A DNA stretch of 63,872 bases, counting the filler, from Deltaproteobacteria bacterium (GTDB lineage Bacteria; JAUYMQ01): assembly GCA_030698575.1 (NCBI GenBank). It is 9 parts of 9 records of this genome, joined end to end, with 100 filler letters (N's around TTAATTAATTAA, not from the genome) between each part and the next. Parts side by side here need not be neighbours in the genome. Positions count along the whole stretch, not along the records: positions 45,076 to 53,233 come from JAUYMQ010000088.1; positions 53,334 to 61,076 come from JAUYMQ010000089.1; 7 more parts are not named here. One strand, written 5' to 3'. Positions 49,790 to 59,527 of this stretch are shown here, one piece after another; the stretch's first letter is position 1, and each line of letters opens with the position of its first letter. The notes below the pieces were generated by a model. It was not told the origin of the DNA and made no database searches. It saw only the letters and a list, made by a program, of their open reading frames with translations. A program made the position numbers and the translations under genes.

Positions 49790-51916
49790 ATGGTAGCCCA
49801 GGGCGCTTCTCCGGCGTCCACCGGCCCGTGGCCGGCGCGAATTCGCCGCGGGCTGGAGATAGCCGGCGCCGGCGCGCTGGCGCTCCTTCTTCTCGTCTTC
49901 CTCTACGCACCCATCCAGGATCCGGACGTCTGGTGGCACCTGAAGGCGGGCTGGCTCATCCTCGCCGAGGCAGCCGTCCCCCGCGCGAACACCTTTGCCT
50001 TGTACGCCGCTTACCCCTGGATCGATCACCAGTGGCTCTACCAGGTGCTGCTGCAGGGCCTGTGGCGGCTGGCGGGTCCCGAAGGCCTCATCGTTCTCAA
50101 GCTTCTCGCAGGCGGCGGCTGCTGGGCGCTGCTGGCGCGCACCGCGGCGCCCCCCGGCGGCTTTCTCGCCCTCCTCCCTTTCCTTGCCATCGGCGCGGTC
50201 GCATCGAACGAGCGGATGATCGATCGTCCCGAGCTGCTCTCCTGCCTCTTCCTCGTGACGAGCCTGGCGCTTCTCATGCGCTGGCGCCGTCGGCCCCGCG
50301 CCCGCTTGCTCCTGGCGCTGGTCGCCCTCCAGGTCCTTTGGGCCAATGTGCACGGCCTCGCCGTGCTCGGCTGCGTGGCCGCGGGGGCCTTCCTGGCCGG
50401 GGAGTCGCTACCGGGCCGGCGGCCAGGCCCCGGGTCGGGGATCGCGCTGAGGGATCTCCTCGGACTCGCGCTCGCTCTCTTCGCGGGCACGGCTGCCCTG
50501 GCGGCGACGCCTTACGGTCTCACAGGGGCGCTGCATGCTCTGGATCTTCTCGGGCAACTCGACAATCCGGCCATCGGCATCGCCGAGTTCCAGGGGGCCT
50601 TCTCGGACTTCCGTGTGACCACGGCCATCCTCGCCTTCCGTCTTCTCCTTGCGCTGACGGCCGTCGTGATCGTCATCTCGCTTCCCCGCGTGGACCGCTC
50701 GCTCCTCCTGCTCGCCGTCCTCATGCTGATCCTTGCGGCGTCGGCGCGACGGAACATCCCCTTCTTCGTCATCGCGGCGATCCTGTTCGCCGGCGCCCAG
50801 CTCCCGGTCCTCGGGGATCGTCTCGGCCGCATGATTCCGTTTTCGCCGGCGCGCCGCGCGCTCGGGCGCGCGATTTCTCTCGCCTTGATTGCCGCCATGC
50901 TGCTCTTCGCGCGGGATGCGGCCGGAGGGAAGTTCTACGGGCGGGACGGCCGGATCAAGCGGTTCGGCGGCGGCGTGGACGGCGCCGCCATCCTCCGTGA
51001 AACCATGGACTACGTCACCCAACGTGATCTTCCGGGGCCCGTGTTCAACGACATCGACAGCGGCGGCTATTTCATCTGGCGCGCCTACCCCGGAAGGGCC
51101 GCCTTTATCGACGCACGGCTCGAGGCCCTGCCTCCGGCGCAGGTCGAGGCCTACGACCGCGCCATCCGCAGCGCCGGGGGGTGGAAGGCGCTCGATGGGC
51201 AAGCGAAGTTCGAAACCGTGGTGATCGATCACGAAAACCCGCTTCACGGCCCGCTCATCGATCGGCTTGCGGCCGATCCCGCGTGGGCGCTCGTGCATCT
51301 GGACGCGAAAGGCGCCGTCTTCACCCGGCGGCGTGAGACGTCTCCCGAGATCATTGCGAAGGAAGAGATAGCCCCCGGTCTGCGCGCTCCGCTTCCCCTG
51401 CGTCCCGACGAGCGGCATCCTGACCGTCTCGCGGACGGCATCCGCGCTCTCCTTGCTGTGGGGGAAGAGCCCGATCTGCGTGCTCCGCTGGCCTACGCCG
51501 CCGTCCTCCTTCGCCTCGGATTTCCGGACGAGGCGGGCGACGCCGCCGGCATGGCGCTTCTCCGCGCGCCGCGATCGCCGGCCGCGCTCGTGATGGCGGG
51601 CGCAGCGGCGGAGGGAAGCGGCGAATGGGATGCCGCGAAACGGCGCTATGCAAAGGCCCTCGAGATAGATCCCGCAAACATTGAAGCCCACCTGAATCTC
51701 GGCCGCCTTGCCCTCCGGGAAGGAGCCCTGGCATCAGCGCTCCAACGCTTCGATCGGGCGATCGCGATCGACCCTCGCAACGCGCAGGCGCGATTACTGC
51801 GGGGCGCCGCGCAGGCGCGCGCCGGCCGGGAAGCGAAACAGCAAAAAGACAAGCCCCCGCGGGATCGCGAGGGCTTCCTTCTGAAAAGCGTGCCGCCGGC
51901 CGGGCTTAACCGATGA
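49790..51916 (+). CDS. Polytopic membrane protein (DxWWHL family, GT-C-like) with C-terminal TPRs
   Basis: DPDVWWHLKAG, W.DHQWL, RPELLS, LWANVHG, FN....GGY.IW, FIDAR; TPRs at the C-terminus. Confidence 0.7.
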   Translation: MVAQGASPASTGPWPARIRRGLEIAGAGALALLLLVFLYAPIQDPDVWWHLKAGWLILAEAAVPRANTFALYAAYPWIDHQWLYQVLLQGLWRLAGPEGLIVLKLLAGGGCWALLARTAAPPGGFLALLPFLAIGAVASNERMIDRPELLSCLFLVTSLALLMRWRRRPRARLLLALVALQVLWANVHGLAVLGCVAAGAFLAGESLPGRRPGPGSGIALRDLLGLALALFAGTAALAATPYGLTGALHALDLLGQLDNPAIGIAEFQGAFSDFRVTTAILAFRLLLALTAVVIVISLPRVDRSLLLLAVLMLILAASARRNIPFFVIAAILFAGAQLPVLGDRLGRMIPFSPARRALGRAISLALIAAMLLFARDAAGGKFYGRDGRIKRFGGGVDGAAILRETMDYVTQRDLPGPVFNDIDSGGYFIWRAYPGRAAFIDARLEALPPAQVEAYDRAIRSAGGWKALDGQAKFETVVIDHENPLHGPLIDRLAADPAWALVHLDAKGAVFTRRRETSPEIIAKEEIAPGLRAPLPLRPDERHPDRLADGIRALLAVGEEPDLRAPLAYAAVLLRLGFPDEAGDAAGMALLRAPRSPAALVMAGAAAEGSGEWDAAKRRYAKALEIDPANIEAHLNLGRLALREGALASALQRFDRAIAIDPRNAQARLLRGAAQARAGREAKQQKDKPPRDREGFLLKSVPPAGLNR

Positions 51917-52736
51917 AGAGACCGCCGTTCGGAGAGATCCACTGGCCCGTGATGAAGGAGCTGTCGTCCGAGGCGAGGAAGAGCGCGACGCTCGCCACCT
52001 CGGGGGGCTCGCCCCAGCGGCCCAGGGGCGTCTGACCGCTGGTCATCATCTTCAGCATGGGCGAGATTCCTTCGGTCATGGGCGTCGTGATGAAGCTCGG
52101 ACAGAGGGCGTTCACGCGAATGTTCAGAGAGCCGAGTTCCCGGGCGACCGCCCGGGTGAAGCCGATGATTCCGGCCTTGGCCGCGCTGTAGTGGGGGGCC
52201 GCTTCCAGACCCATGAGGCCCGCCACACTCGACATGTTGACGATCGCCCCCCCTCGCTCCCCGCCCATGAGCTTCACCGCCTCCCGCGTGCAGAAGAAGG
52301 TGCCGTTCAGGTGAATGCCGATCATCTTGAGCCACGCCTCGTCGGTCATGTTGCTCACGACCTCCCACTGGGTCTGGACCCCCTGGCCGCCCAGCGCCTC
52401 GCCCACCCGTGCCTCGAACTTCTGGTTCAGCCTGTCCATCTCCTCACCCGTTGCCTCAGCGATACCCGCGTTGTTCACCAGAATGTCCAGCCGGCCGATT
52501 TTTTTCTCGATCTCGTCGAACATCGCCCTGACCTGGGCGCTGTCGGACACATCGGCCTTGACGGCGAGCCCGCGGGGCTTGGCCTCGCCCATGGCCTCGA
52601 CCGTCTGCTGGGCCGACTCGATATTGATGTCGTTGACGATCACCCGGGCGCCCTCCCGGGCAAAAAGAAGGGAAATCGCGCGGCCGAGCCCCGATCCCCC
52701 ACCCGTCACCAGCGCCGCCTTGTCCTTCAGCTTCAT
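51906..52736 (-). CDS. SDR family oxidoreductase (FabG-like)
   Basis: TGGGSGLG, LVNNAG, YSAAK, VNALCP, ITGQ.I..NGG. Confidence 0.9.
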   Translation of the reverse strand: MKLKDKAALVTGGGSGLGRAISLLFAREGARVIVNDINIESAQQTVEAMGEAKPRGLAVKADVSDSAQVRAMFDEIEKKIGRLDILVNNAGIAEATGEEMDRLNQKFEARVGEALGGQGVQTQWEVVSNMTDEAWLKMIGIHLNGTFFCTREAVKLMGGERGGAIVNMSSVAGLMGLEAAPHYSAAKAGIIGFTRAVARELGSLNIRVNALCPSFITTPMTEGISPMLKMMTSGQTPLGRWGEPPEVASVALFLASDDSSFITGQWISPNGGLFIG

Positions 52737-53053
52737 GATGCGAACTCCTTGCGCCGCCCGTGCGGCCATTGAAAGTTGCCGTTGGAGGATCTGTCTTCGC
52801 CGGAAGTCTGGCACGTTAGGGAACGCGCGCGGCGTCTGTCAACTCTCGGTCCCCCCGGACAAACGACGGAAGGCCTCGAACCGGTCGAATACCCTGGGAT
52901 CGGCCCCGTCAGCCCCTTGTTCGAATCACTTGCAGGACTGTCGCGGCCGGACCGGTACGAGGGTTCCTCCGCCGGACCGGCCAAGAGGGGAAAACATTTA
53001 TAATCCGGAGCCCTGTCCCGCACCCGGCGGGCTCCCATCCCCGGAGGAGACAC

Positions 53054-53233
53054 ATGAGAACGTTCCTGTTCGCGCTGGCCGCCTTGGGAGCGCTGGCTAT
53101 CGCCACACCGGCCCTCGCAGGCCACTACCAACCCGGGGCCACGCCCACGGTGTACCATTCGAGTTACAACGGAGCGGGCTACTACGCCCCCCCCGCAACC
53201 TACGCCTCGGGATACAACAACCCGTATTACGGG
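53054..53233 (+). CDS. Small secreted Tyr/Gly/Pro-rich protein, 3'-truncated
   Basis: GGAGGAG RBS; signal peptide ending ALA. Confidence 0.55.
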
Positions 53234-53333
53234 NNNNNNNNNNNNNNNNNNNNNNNNNNNNNNNNNNNNNNNNNNNNTTAATTAATTAANNNNNNNNNNN
53301 NNNNNNNNNNNNNNNNNNNNNNNNNNNNNNNNN
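53234..53333. other. Artificial contig spacer
   Basis: N-run with TTAATTAATTAA. Confidence 0.99.
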
Positions 53334-53505
53334 CCTCGACTCCCTTCGGCAACGCCTTAACTATCTCGATGGCCTGCTCGTGCGAGATGCAGCGCGGCGA
53401 GGCCGGCGCGAAATTGACGCCGATCAGGTCCGCGCCCAGTTCGGCGGCCGCGATGGCGTCCTCCGCCCGGGTCACTCCGCAGATCTTCACGTGAAGCGGC
53501 TTCAT
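53334..53505 (-). CDS. trpF: Phosphoribosylanthranilate isomerase, 3'-truncated
   Basis: VKICGVT..EDA..A..LGAD.IG.NF...SPRCI; ATGA overlap with trpC. Confidence 0.9.
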
Positions 53506-54290
53506 GCGTCTCCCTTCCTGGCGCCGAGAAGCTCCGCCAGCCGGCTCCCCGGATCGGGTGCTGCCATTAGTTGCTCGCCTATGAGGAAGCAACGCACGCC
53601 CACCCCCGCCAGATCGAGGAGATCGGCGCGGCTCCGGATGCCGCTCTCGCAGACCCCGATCGCGGCCCGTGGCAGCTTGGGCGCCAGCCGGCGGGTCGTG
53701 TCGAGGCTGACCTCGAAGGTTTTGAGGTTCCTGTTGTTGATCCCGATGATCTCCGCTCCGATCGCGGCCGCGGCGTCCAGCTCCTCCTCCGAATGAACCT
53801 CGACGAGGCAGTGCAGCCCTGCCTCCCGCGCCCGGCCGTGCAGATCGGCAAGCTCCGCCCGAGCCAGCGCGGCGACGATGAGCAGAATGGCGTCGGCCCC
53901 GCGCGCGCGCGACTCGCGCAGCTGGTAGACGTCGACGATGAAGTCCTTCCGGAGCAGCGGGAGCTGAACCCGCGCGCGGATCGCATCGAGGTAGTCGAGC
54001 CGCCCCTGGAAGTACTTCTCGTCGGTCAGCACCGAGAGGGCCGCCGCGCCGTTTCGCGCGTAGCCCTCGGCGAGCGCCACTGGATCGAACTCTTCACGGA
54101 TCACGCCGCGGCTGGGTGACGCCTTCTTGAGCTCCGCGATGATCCGGATGTCGCCTTCCTCGGCCGCGAGAGCGCCCCGGAAATCCCGCGCCGGGGGGAG
54201 ATCGCCGGGCCTGGGAAGCGAGTCGAGGGGCGCCAGGCGCTTGACGGCTGCGATCTCCTCGCGCTTGTGGCGGACTATCTCGTCGAGCAT
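53502..54290 (-). CDS. trpC: Indole-3-glycerol phosphate synthase
   Basis: IIAELKKASPSRG, LSVLTD..YFQG, LRKDF, GINNRNL, ESGI. Confidence 0.95.
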   Translation of the reverse strand: MLDEIVRHKREEIAAVKRLAPLDSLPRPGDLPPARDFRGALAAEEGDIRIIAELKKASPSRGVIREEFDPVALAEGYARNGAAALSVLTDEKYFQGRLDYLDAIRARVQLPLLRKDFIVDVYQLRESRARGADAILLIVAALARAELADLHGRAREAGLHCLVEVHSEEELDAAAAIGAEIIGINNRNLKTFEVSLDTTRRLAPKLPRAAIGVCESGIRSRADLLDLAGVGVRCFLIGEQLMAAPDPGSRLAELLGARKGDA

Positions 54291-54307
54291 GGGGCGCCTT
54301 CCGGGTC

Positions 54308-55318
54308 TCAGTCGGCAAAATGAACGAGCGATTCGAGCTTCTTCTGCGCCTCGCCCCGATCGATGGCGGCACGCGCCAGCTCGACGCCGTGTTTCAGGTC
54401 CTTCGCCTTTCCGGCGACCAGGAGCGCGGCCGCCGCATTTACGAGAACGACGTCCCTGCGAGGCCCCTCCTCGCCGCCGAGCACGCCGCGCAGAATGCGG
54501 GCGTTCGCCTCGGCGTCACCCCCGCGCAGATCCTCCATGCGCGCGGCGGGAACGCCGAAGGACTCAGGCCAGAGATCGAATAGCCGGATCTCTCCCGCCC
54601 GGAGCTCCGCGACGCGCGTGCGCCCCGCAATGCTGATCTCGTCGAGCCCCCCCTCCCCCCAGACCACCCAGGCCGCCTCGGCGCCGAGCCGCCGCAGCAC
54701 GCCGGCGATGGTCTCGGTGAGCGGCTCCGAGTAAACGCCCAGGAGCTGCCGCGCGGCCCCGGCTGGGTTGGCAAGCGGGCCCAGGAGATTGAAGAAGGTG
54801 CGCACGCCGATCTCCCGGCGCGGCGCGGCGGCGTGCTTGAGCGAGGCGTGATAGGACGGCGCGAAGAGGAAGCAGATGCCGAGTTCCTCCAGGCAGTCTC
54901 TCGCGCGATCCGGCCCCATGTCGATGGCGACTCCGAGAGCCTCCAGCACGTCGGCACTGCCTGCCCGCGACGAGACGGCGCGGTTGCCGTGCTTTGCCAC
55001 CGGGACGCCGGCCCCCGCCACGACGAAGGCCACCGCCGTCGAAATGTTGAAGGTGCCGGAGGCGTCGCCCCCTGTGCCGGCCGTATCGAGCAGCAGCCCG
55101 TGACGCGTGCCGCCGAGCTTCGCCGCCCGCGCCCTGACCCGCTCGGCCCCCGCCGCCAGCTCGTCCACGGTTTCGCCCTTCATGCGAAGCGCCGTGGCAA
55201 AGGCGGCGATCTGCGCGGGTGTGGCCTCGCCTCCCATGATCTCGTCCATCACCTCGGCCATCACCGGGCCCGGCAGATTCTCGCGCTCGACGAGCCGTGC
55301 GATCGCTTCGCGGATCAT
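54308..55318 (-). CDS. trpD: Anthranilate phosphoribosyltransferase
   Basis: DTAGTGGD..GTFNIST, KHGNRAVSS..GSAD, RT.FNLLGPLANP, GLDE. Confidence 0.95.
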   Translation of the reverse strand: MIREAIARLVERENLPGPVMAEVMDEIMGGEATPAQIAAFATALRMKGETVDELAAGAERVRARAAKLGGTRHGLLLDTAGTGGDASGTFNISTAVAFVVAGAGVPVAKHGNRAVSSRAGSADVLEALGVAIDMGPDRARDCLEELGICFLFAPSYHASLKHAAAPRREIGVRTFFNLLGPLANPAGAARQLLGVYSEPLTETIAGVLRRLGAEAAWVVWGEGGLDEISIAGRTRVAELRAGEIRLFDLWPESFGVPAARMEDLRGGDAEANARILRGVLGGEEGPRRDVVLVNAAAALLVAGKAKDLKHGVELARAAIDRGEAQKKLESLVHFAD

Positions 55319-55902
55319 GCCCGCTCCCGTTCCCCGGCACAGATGGCCAGAAAGTTTCTGAGGAGGTCCTTGCCGCTCGGCGTGAGGATCGATTCCGGAT
55401 GGAACTGGATCCCCTCGACCGGGAGCGTCCGGTGCCTGAGTCCCATGATCTCGCCGTCCTCCGAATGCGCCGAAACTTCCAGGCAGTCCGGCAGCGACGG
55501 CTCGCGGAGCACCAGCGAATGGTAACGCGTGGCTTCGAAGGGGTTCGGCAGGCCCCGGAACACGCCCTGGCCGTCGTGGGAGATGGCCGACGTCTTCCCG
55601 TGCATGATCCGCCGGGCCGACGCCATCTGCCCGCCGAAGGCCACGCCCACTGCCTGATGGCCGAGGCAAACGCCGAGGATCGGGACCTCTCCCGCGAACC
55701 GCTTCACGAGTGGAACGCTGATCCCCGCTTCGGCGGGCGTCTTCGGCCCCGGCGAGATGACGATGCCCGAGGGGCGCAGGCGCGCGACGTCGTCGAGAGA
55801 GATCGCGTCGTTCCGCTCGACCTTCACCTCCTCTCCCAGCTCCATGAGGTACTGGACGAGGTGGGAGGTGAAGGAATCGTAGTTGTCGATCATGAGGAGC
55901 AT
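55315..55902 (-). CDS. trpG: Anthranilate synthase component II (glutamine amidotransferase)
   Basis: MIDNYDSFT, ISPGP, ILGVCLGHQ, RYHSL, QFHPES. Confidence 0.95.
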   Translation of the reverse strand: MLLMIDNYDSFTSHLVQYLMELGEEVKVERNDAISLDDVARLRPSGIVISPGPKTPAEAGISVPLVKRFAGEVPILGVCLGHQAVGVAFGGQMASARRIMHGKTSAISHDGQGVFRGLPNPFEATRYHSLVLREPSLPDCLEVSAHSEDGEIMGLRHRTLPVEGIQFHPESILTPSGKDLLRNFLAICAGERERA

Positions 55903-57941
55903 CAGTGTTCTCCCGCCGTCGCGGCCGTCCGCCCGTCCCGGTCGCCCCAAAGGGGCGTCACATGGGCGCGCCGGGTGCAGCTTCGGAGCGCCTCGTAACG
56001 ATCGAGGGCCGCCAGCAGCGAATCGCGGCTATCCGCGCGCGCCAGGTTTCGCCGCTCGCGCGGGTCGGCCTTGCGATCATACAACTCGTCGTAGCGGCTC
56101 GTCAGGTTGCGCATGGCCTTTCGTGGCCCGTCGATGAGCGCGACCCGAATGCCCGCATTGCTCAGGAGCTCCGCAATACGCACCCCGCCCAGAGCCCCGT
56201 AGAGAAGCCCTGCCGAGGAGGCCACTCGGTCGACGACCTCACCGTCCGGCCTTCCATCCCGCTGCCAGAGCAGCCAGGCTCCCAGGTCGCTCAATACGAC
56301 GTCCTCACGCACGCGGCGGGGCTTGAGCCGCGCGTCGTGCACGACGAGCGGGACGCGAAGCATCTCGTCGTAAACGGTCCGGTTGTGGTGCCGCCCGCCG
56401 TGATCACCGAACTCCTCGCCGTGATCGGCAAGAACCACGACCACGCTCTCCCGCCACACCCCGCGCGACCGGAGCCCTGCTTCGAGCGCGCCCACGGCGG
56501 CGTCGATGCTCGCGACCGCAGCGTCGTAGCGCGATTCCTCGCTCCCGTCGCGCGGCTCGAACCCCGGCGGCGCGACGTAGGGCTCGTGCGCCTGCCCCAG
56601 CTGGAGCCAGAAGAAAACGGGGCGATCATCACCCTCCCTCTCGCGGTCGAGGGCCATGAGCGCCGTCTCAACGACGTCGAAATCGTTCTCGCCCCTGGTC
56701 ACCTCGTCGAAGCCGCGATGAAAACCCGAGGCCTTCGGAAAAGTCCCGGCCACGTAGAAATGAAGGTGCGCGCTCGTGGCGTAGCCTCGCTCCGAGAGCC
56801 GCTCGGCCATCGTCTTGCAGCCTTCGCCCAGCTTCCCGCGCCAGAATACCTCCTCCGTGGTCATCTCGACCCAGGACGGAGGCGCGAGGCAGAACATGGC
56901 GCCCATCGTGCCGATGGTTCCCGCGGAAGACGCGTAGGCGTTCTCGAATACGACCGATCCCCCCGCGAGCGCGTCGAGATTGGGCGTGAGGCCCCCGCGG
57001 CCACCGTAAGCCCCCACGCGGTCGCGCCGGACCGCGTCCATGACCACGAGAATCAAATTCCGCCCCGCGAGATCGCGGGGGAGCGGGTCGAGGTGGGCAT
57101 GCCGGAGGAAGGCCTCCGCGCGCGCGGCGGCCGGCAGCAGGGGAACGTCCTCGGCCGCCTCGCAAAGCGGATTGAGAGTGCCCATGTTCAGGAGCTGATC
57201 CTGCGGCAGCGTCATCCAGCCAAGTTTGTGCACCGTCGCGCGATCCGCGGTCGACGCGCCCAGGCTCCAGTGCAGGGGCAGCGCCACGAGCACCCCGGCC
57301 GCCACCAGTCCGAGCCCTCCGCCGCCGAGCCCGCGCAGGGGCGCCCGGAACGCCGCGATCGCGCCGAGTGCCGCCGCCAGAACCGCGAGGGCGAGCCACT
57401 GAACGGCGACGTGGAACGTCGGGTACTGCCCGAAGGAGATCCTCGACTCGAAGATCACGGCGGCGCATGCCACCGCGAAGGCCAGCGCAACGGCGCTCCG
57501 CCGCAAGCCGGCGCGTTTCGAGCCAAAGGCCCGCGCGAGAAGCGCCATCCCGACGGCAGCGCCTCCGAGGAGCGGCGCCATGCGGGCGGGATCGAACCGG
57601 ACGTACCAGGTGAGCACCCAGAACGCCACCCCGCCAGCACCCGCGCCCCACGTGAGCGCGGCGGCCCACTGCCCGGCCCGCGGGCCGGAAGCGCGTGACA
57701 CTCCCCGCCCCACCGCCGCCGCAAGCAACTCGAGCAGGAAGAGCGCGGGCAGGAGGCGCATCGCGCCGGTCGCGCCCGCGCCGAAGGCCGCCAGCAAGAG
57801 GCCGGCCCAGCTGTCCACCTCGGCAATGCGCGAGGCCCGCCAGGCGACGGCAAGAGCCTCACCCAGCCCCGCGAGAAGCGAAAGAACCAGACCCCGCAGG
57901 ACCATCTCGCGAAACTTTGCCGCGCCCGCCAGAAAGGTCAA
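55902..57941 (-). CDS. Membrane-anchored sulfatase-fold (alkaline phosphatase superfamily) protein
   Basis: About 7 N-terminal TM helices; NLILVVMDAVRRD, TPNLD, HEPY, ADHGEEF..HG...H, VPL; TTG 57941 overlaps trpE stop (ATG 57905 alternative). Confidence 0.8.
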   Translation of the reverse strand: MTFLAGAAKFREMVLRGLVLSLLAGLGEALAVAWRASRIAEVDSWAGLLLAAFGAGATGAMRLLPALFLLELLAAAVGRGVSRASGPRAGQWAAALTWGAGAGGVAFWVLTWYVRFDPARMAPLLGGAAVGMALLARAFGSKRAGLRRSAVALAFAVACAAVIFESRISFGQYPTFHVAVQWLALAVLAAALGAIAAFRAPLRGLGGGGLGLVAAGVLVALPLHWSLGASTADRATVHKLGWMTLPQDQLLNMGTLNPLCEAAEDVPLLPAAARAEAFLRHAHLDPLPRDLAGRNLILVVMDAVRRDRVGAYGGRGGLTPNLDALAGGSVVFENAYASSAGTIGTMGAMFCLAPPSWVEMTTEEVFWRGKLGEGCKTMAERLSERGYATSAHLHFYVAGTFPKASGFHRGFDEVTRGENDFDVVETALMALDREREGDDRPVFFWLQLGQAHEPYVAPPGFEPRDGSEESRYDAAVASIDAAVGALEAGLRSRGVWRESVVVVLADHGEEFGDHGGRHHNRTVYDEMLRVPLVVHDARLKPRRVREDVVLSDLGAWLLWQRDGRPDGEVVDRVASSAGLLYGALGGVRIAELLSNAGIRVALIDGPRKAMRNLTSRYDELYDRKADPRERRNLARADSRDSLLAALDRYEALRSCTRRAHVTPLWGDRDGRTAATAGEH

Positions 57942-59416
57942 TCGAGCCCCTCCCGCGCCAGGTCGATCGCCTTCACGAGCGCGCGTCCCTTGTCGACGCA
58001 CTCCTGATACTCCCGCCCGGGATCGCTGTCGTAGACAATGCCTGCCCCGGCCTGGAGGTGGATCTTGCCGTCCTTGATGACGATCGTCCGGATGGTGATC
58101 GCCGTGTCCATGTTCCCGCCGTAGCCGAAGTAGCCGACGGCGCCGCCGTAGGGGCCGCGTCGAAGGTTTTCAAGTTCGTCGATGATCTCCATCGCGCGGA
58201 TCTTGGGCGCTCCCGAGAGCGTTCCCGCCGGGAAGGTCGCCCGGATGACATCGAAGGCGTCCTTCCCTTCCTGTATCTCGGCACGCACGTTCGACACCAG
58301 GTGCATTACGTGGGAGTAGCGCTCCACCACCATCACCTCGTTCACCTGCACCGTCCCGCGGCGGGCCACGCGCCCCACGTCGTTCCGTCCGAGGTCGACC
58401 AGCATCACGTGCTCGGCCACTTCCTTGGGGTCGCTTCTGAGCTCGGCCTCCAGCCTCGCATCCTCCACCTCGTCCTCCCCCCGGCGGCGTGTGCCGGCGA
58501 TGGGGCGCACCTCGACTTGCCCCTCCTCCACCCGGGCCAGCACCTCGGGCGAGGCGCCCACGAGCGTGTGCCCCTCGTGCCGTAGAAAGAACATGTAGGG
58601 AGAAGGGTTGAGCGTGCGGAGCGTCCGGTAGATCGAGAACGGATCCACCTGCAAGTTCATGATATGTCGCAAGGAGAGCACGACCTGGATGACGTCACCC
58701 GCCACCACGTATTCTTTCGCCCGTTCGACCGCCCGGCAGAACTCCTCCCTGGAGAAGTTCGACCCGACCTCCGGGCTTCCCGCCACCTTCTGAAGCTTCT
58801 CGGGATCCTGGGGGGCCTTCAGGCGGTCGACCTGTTCATCGATGCGCAGGGTCGCGCGTAGGTAGGCCCCCTCGAGGTCCTCGCCCTCGGTAACGTGCGT
58901 GTTGTGCACGACCTTTATCTTCTGACGAACGTTGTCGAAGATGACGAGCGTATCGGTGAAGACGAAGTACGCGTCGTAGAGATCCAGCGGATCCGGATTC
59001 GCGTCGGGCAGGCGCTCGAAAAAACGCACCAGGTCGTAGGCGAGATAGCCCACCGCGCCGCCGAAGAAACGCGGGAGGCCCGGCACCTTCACCGGCCGGT
59101 AGGCCTGCAGAAGACGTTTCAGGTTTTCGAGCGGATCCTTCTCGACCGCCTCTCGCCGCAGCTTCCCGTCCTCGAGGATCTCCGCCTCGCGCCCCTTGCT
59201 CCGGAAGACGAGCCGTGGCTCGGCGCCGAGAAAGCTGTAGCGCCCCCACTTCTCGCCTCCCTCCACCGATTCGAGCAGGAAGGCGTGGCCGCCCCGATCG
59301 ATCTTGCGGAAGGCGGAGACGGGCGTGTCCGTATCGCCCATGATCTCGCGTGAGACGGGGATCAGATTGCCCTTGCGGGCAAGCACCTTGAATTCGTCGA
59401 GTGATGGAACGTGCAT
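57938..59416 (-). CDS. trpE: Anthranilate synthase component I
   Basis: LLESVEGGEKWGRYSF, NPSPYM, ASPE, PIAGTR.RG, EHVMLVDLGRND, FPAGTLSGAPK, QAGAGIV.DS. Confidence 0.95.
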   Translation of the reverse strand: MHVPSLDEFKVLARKGNLIPVSREIMGDTDTPVSAFRKIDRGGHAFLLESVEGGEKWGRYSFLGAEPRLVFRSKGREAEILEDGKLRREAVEKDPLENLKRLLQAYRPVKVPGLPRFFGGAVGYLAYDLVRFFERLPDANPDPLDLYDAYFVFTDTLVIFDNVRQKIKVVHNTHVTEGEDLEGAYLRATLRIDEQVDRLKAPQDPEKLQKVAGSPEVGSNFSREEFCRAVERAKEYVVAGDVIQVVLSLRHIMNLQVDPFSIYRTLRTLNPSPYMFFLRHEGHTLVGASPEVLARVEEGQVEVRPIAGTRRRGEDEVEDARLEAELRSDPKEVAEHVMLVDLGRNDVGRVARRGTVQVNEVMVVERYSHVMHLVSNVRAEIQEGKDAFDVIRATFPAGTLSGAPKIRAMEIIDELENLRRGPYGGAVGYFGYGGNMDTAITIRTIVIKDGKIHLQAGAGIVYDSDPGREYQECVDKGRALVKAIDLAREGLD

Positions 59417-59458
59417 GGTTTGGACCGCCCAAGCCGCCGGAAACACGCTGAAAATAAC

Positions 59459-59493
59459 AAAAAAACCGGGCCCGGGGAACCTCCCCGGGCCCG
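59459..59493 (-). terminator. Rho-independent terminator after the lptD-like gene
   Basis: Minus strand CGGGCCCGGGGA-GGT-TCCCCGGGCCCG, then G and a T7 run. Confidence 0.8.
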
Positions 59494-59527
59494 CGCCTGC
59501 CGTAGGACCTGGGCGCCGCCGGCGCCG

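Noticed and set aside
52808-52825. CTGGCACG as a sigma-54 -24 box
   Set aside because: No GC at the -12 position (TTAGGGAAC follows).
59417-59527. Terminator upstream of trpE as a possible trp attenuator or T-box
   Set aside because: No Trp-codon leader peptide or T-box motif; its position fits the terminator of the upstream lptD-like gene.
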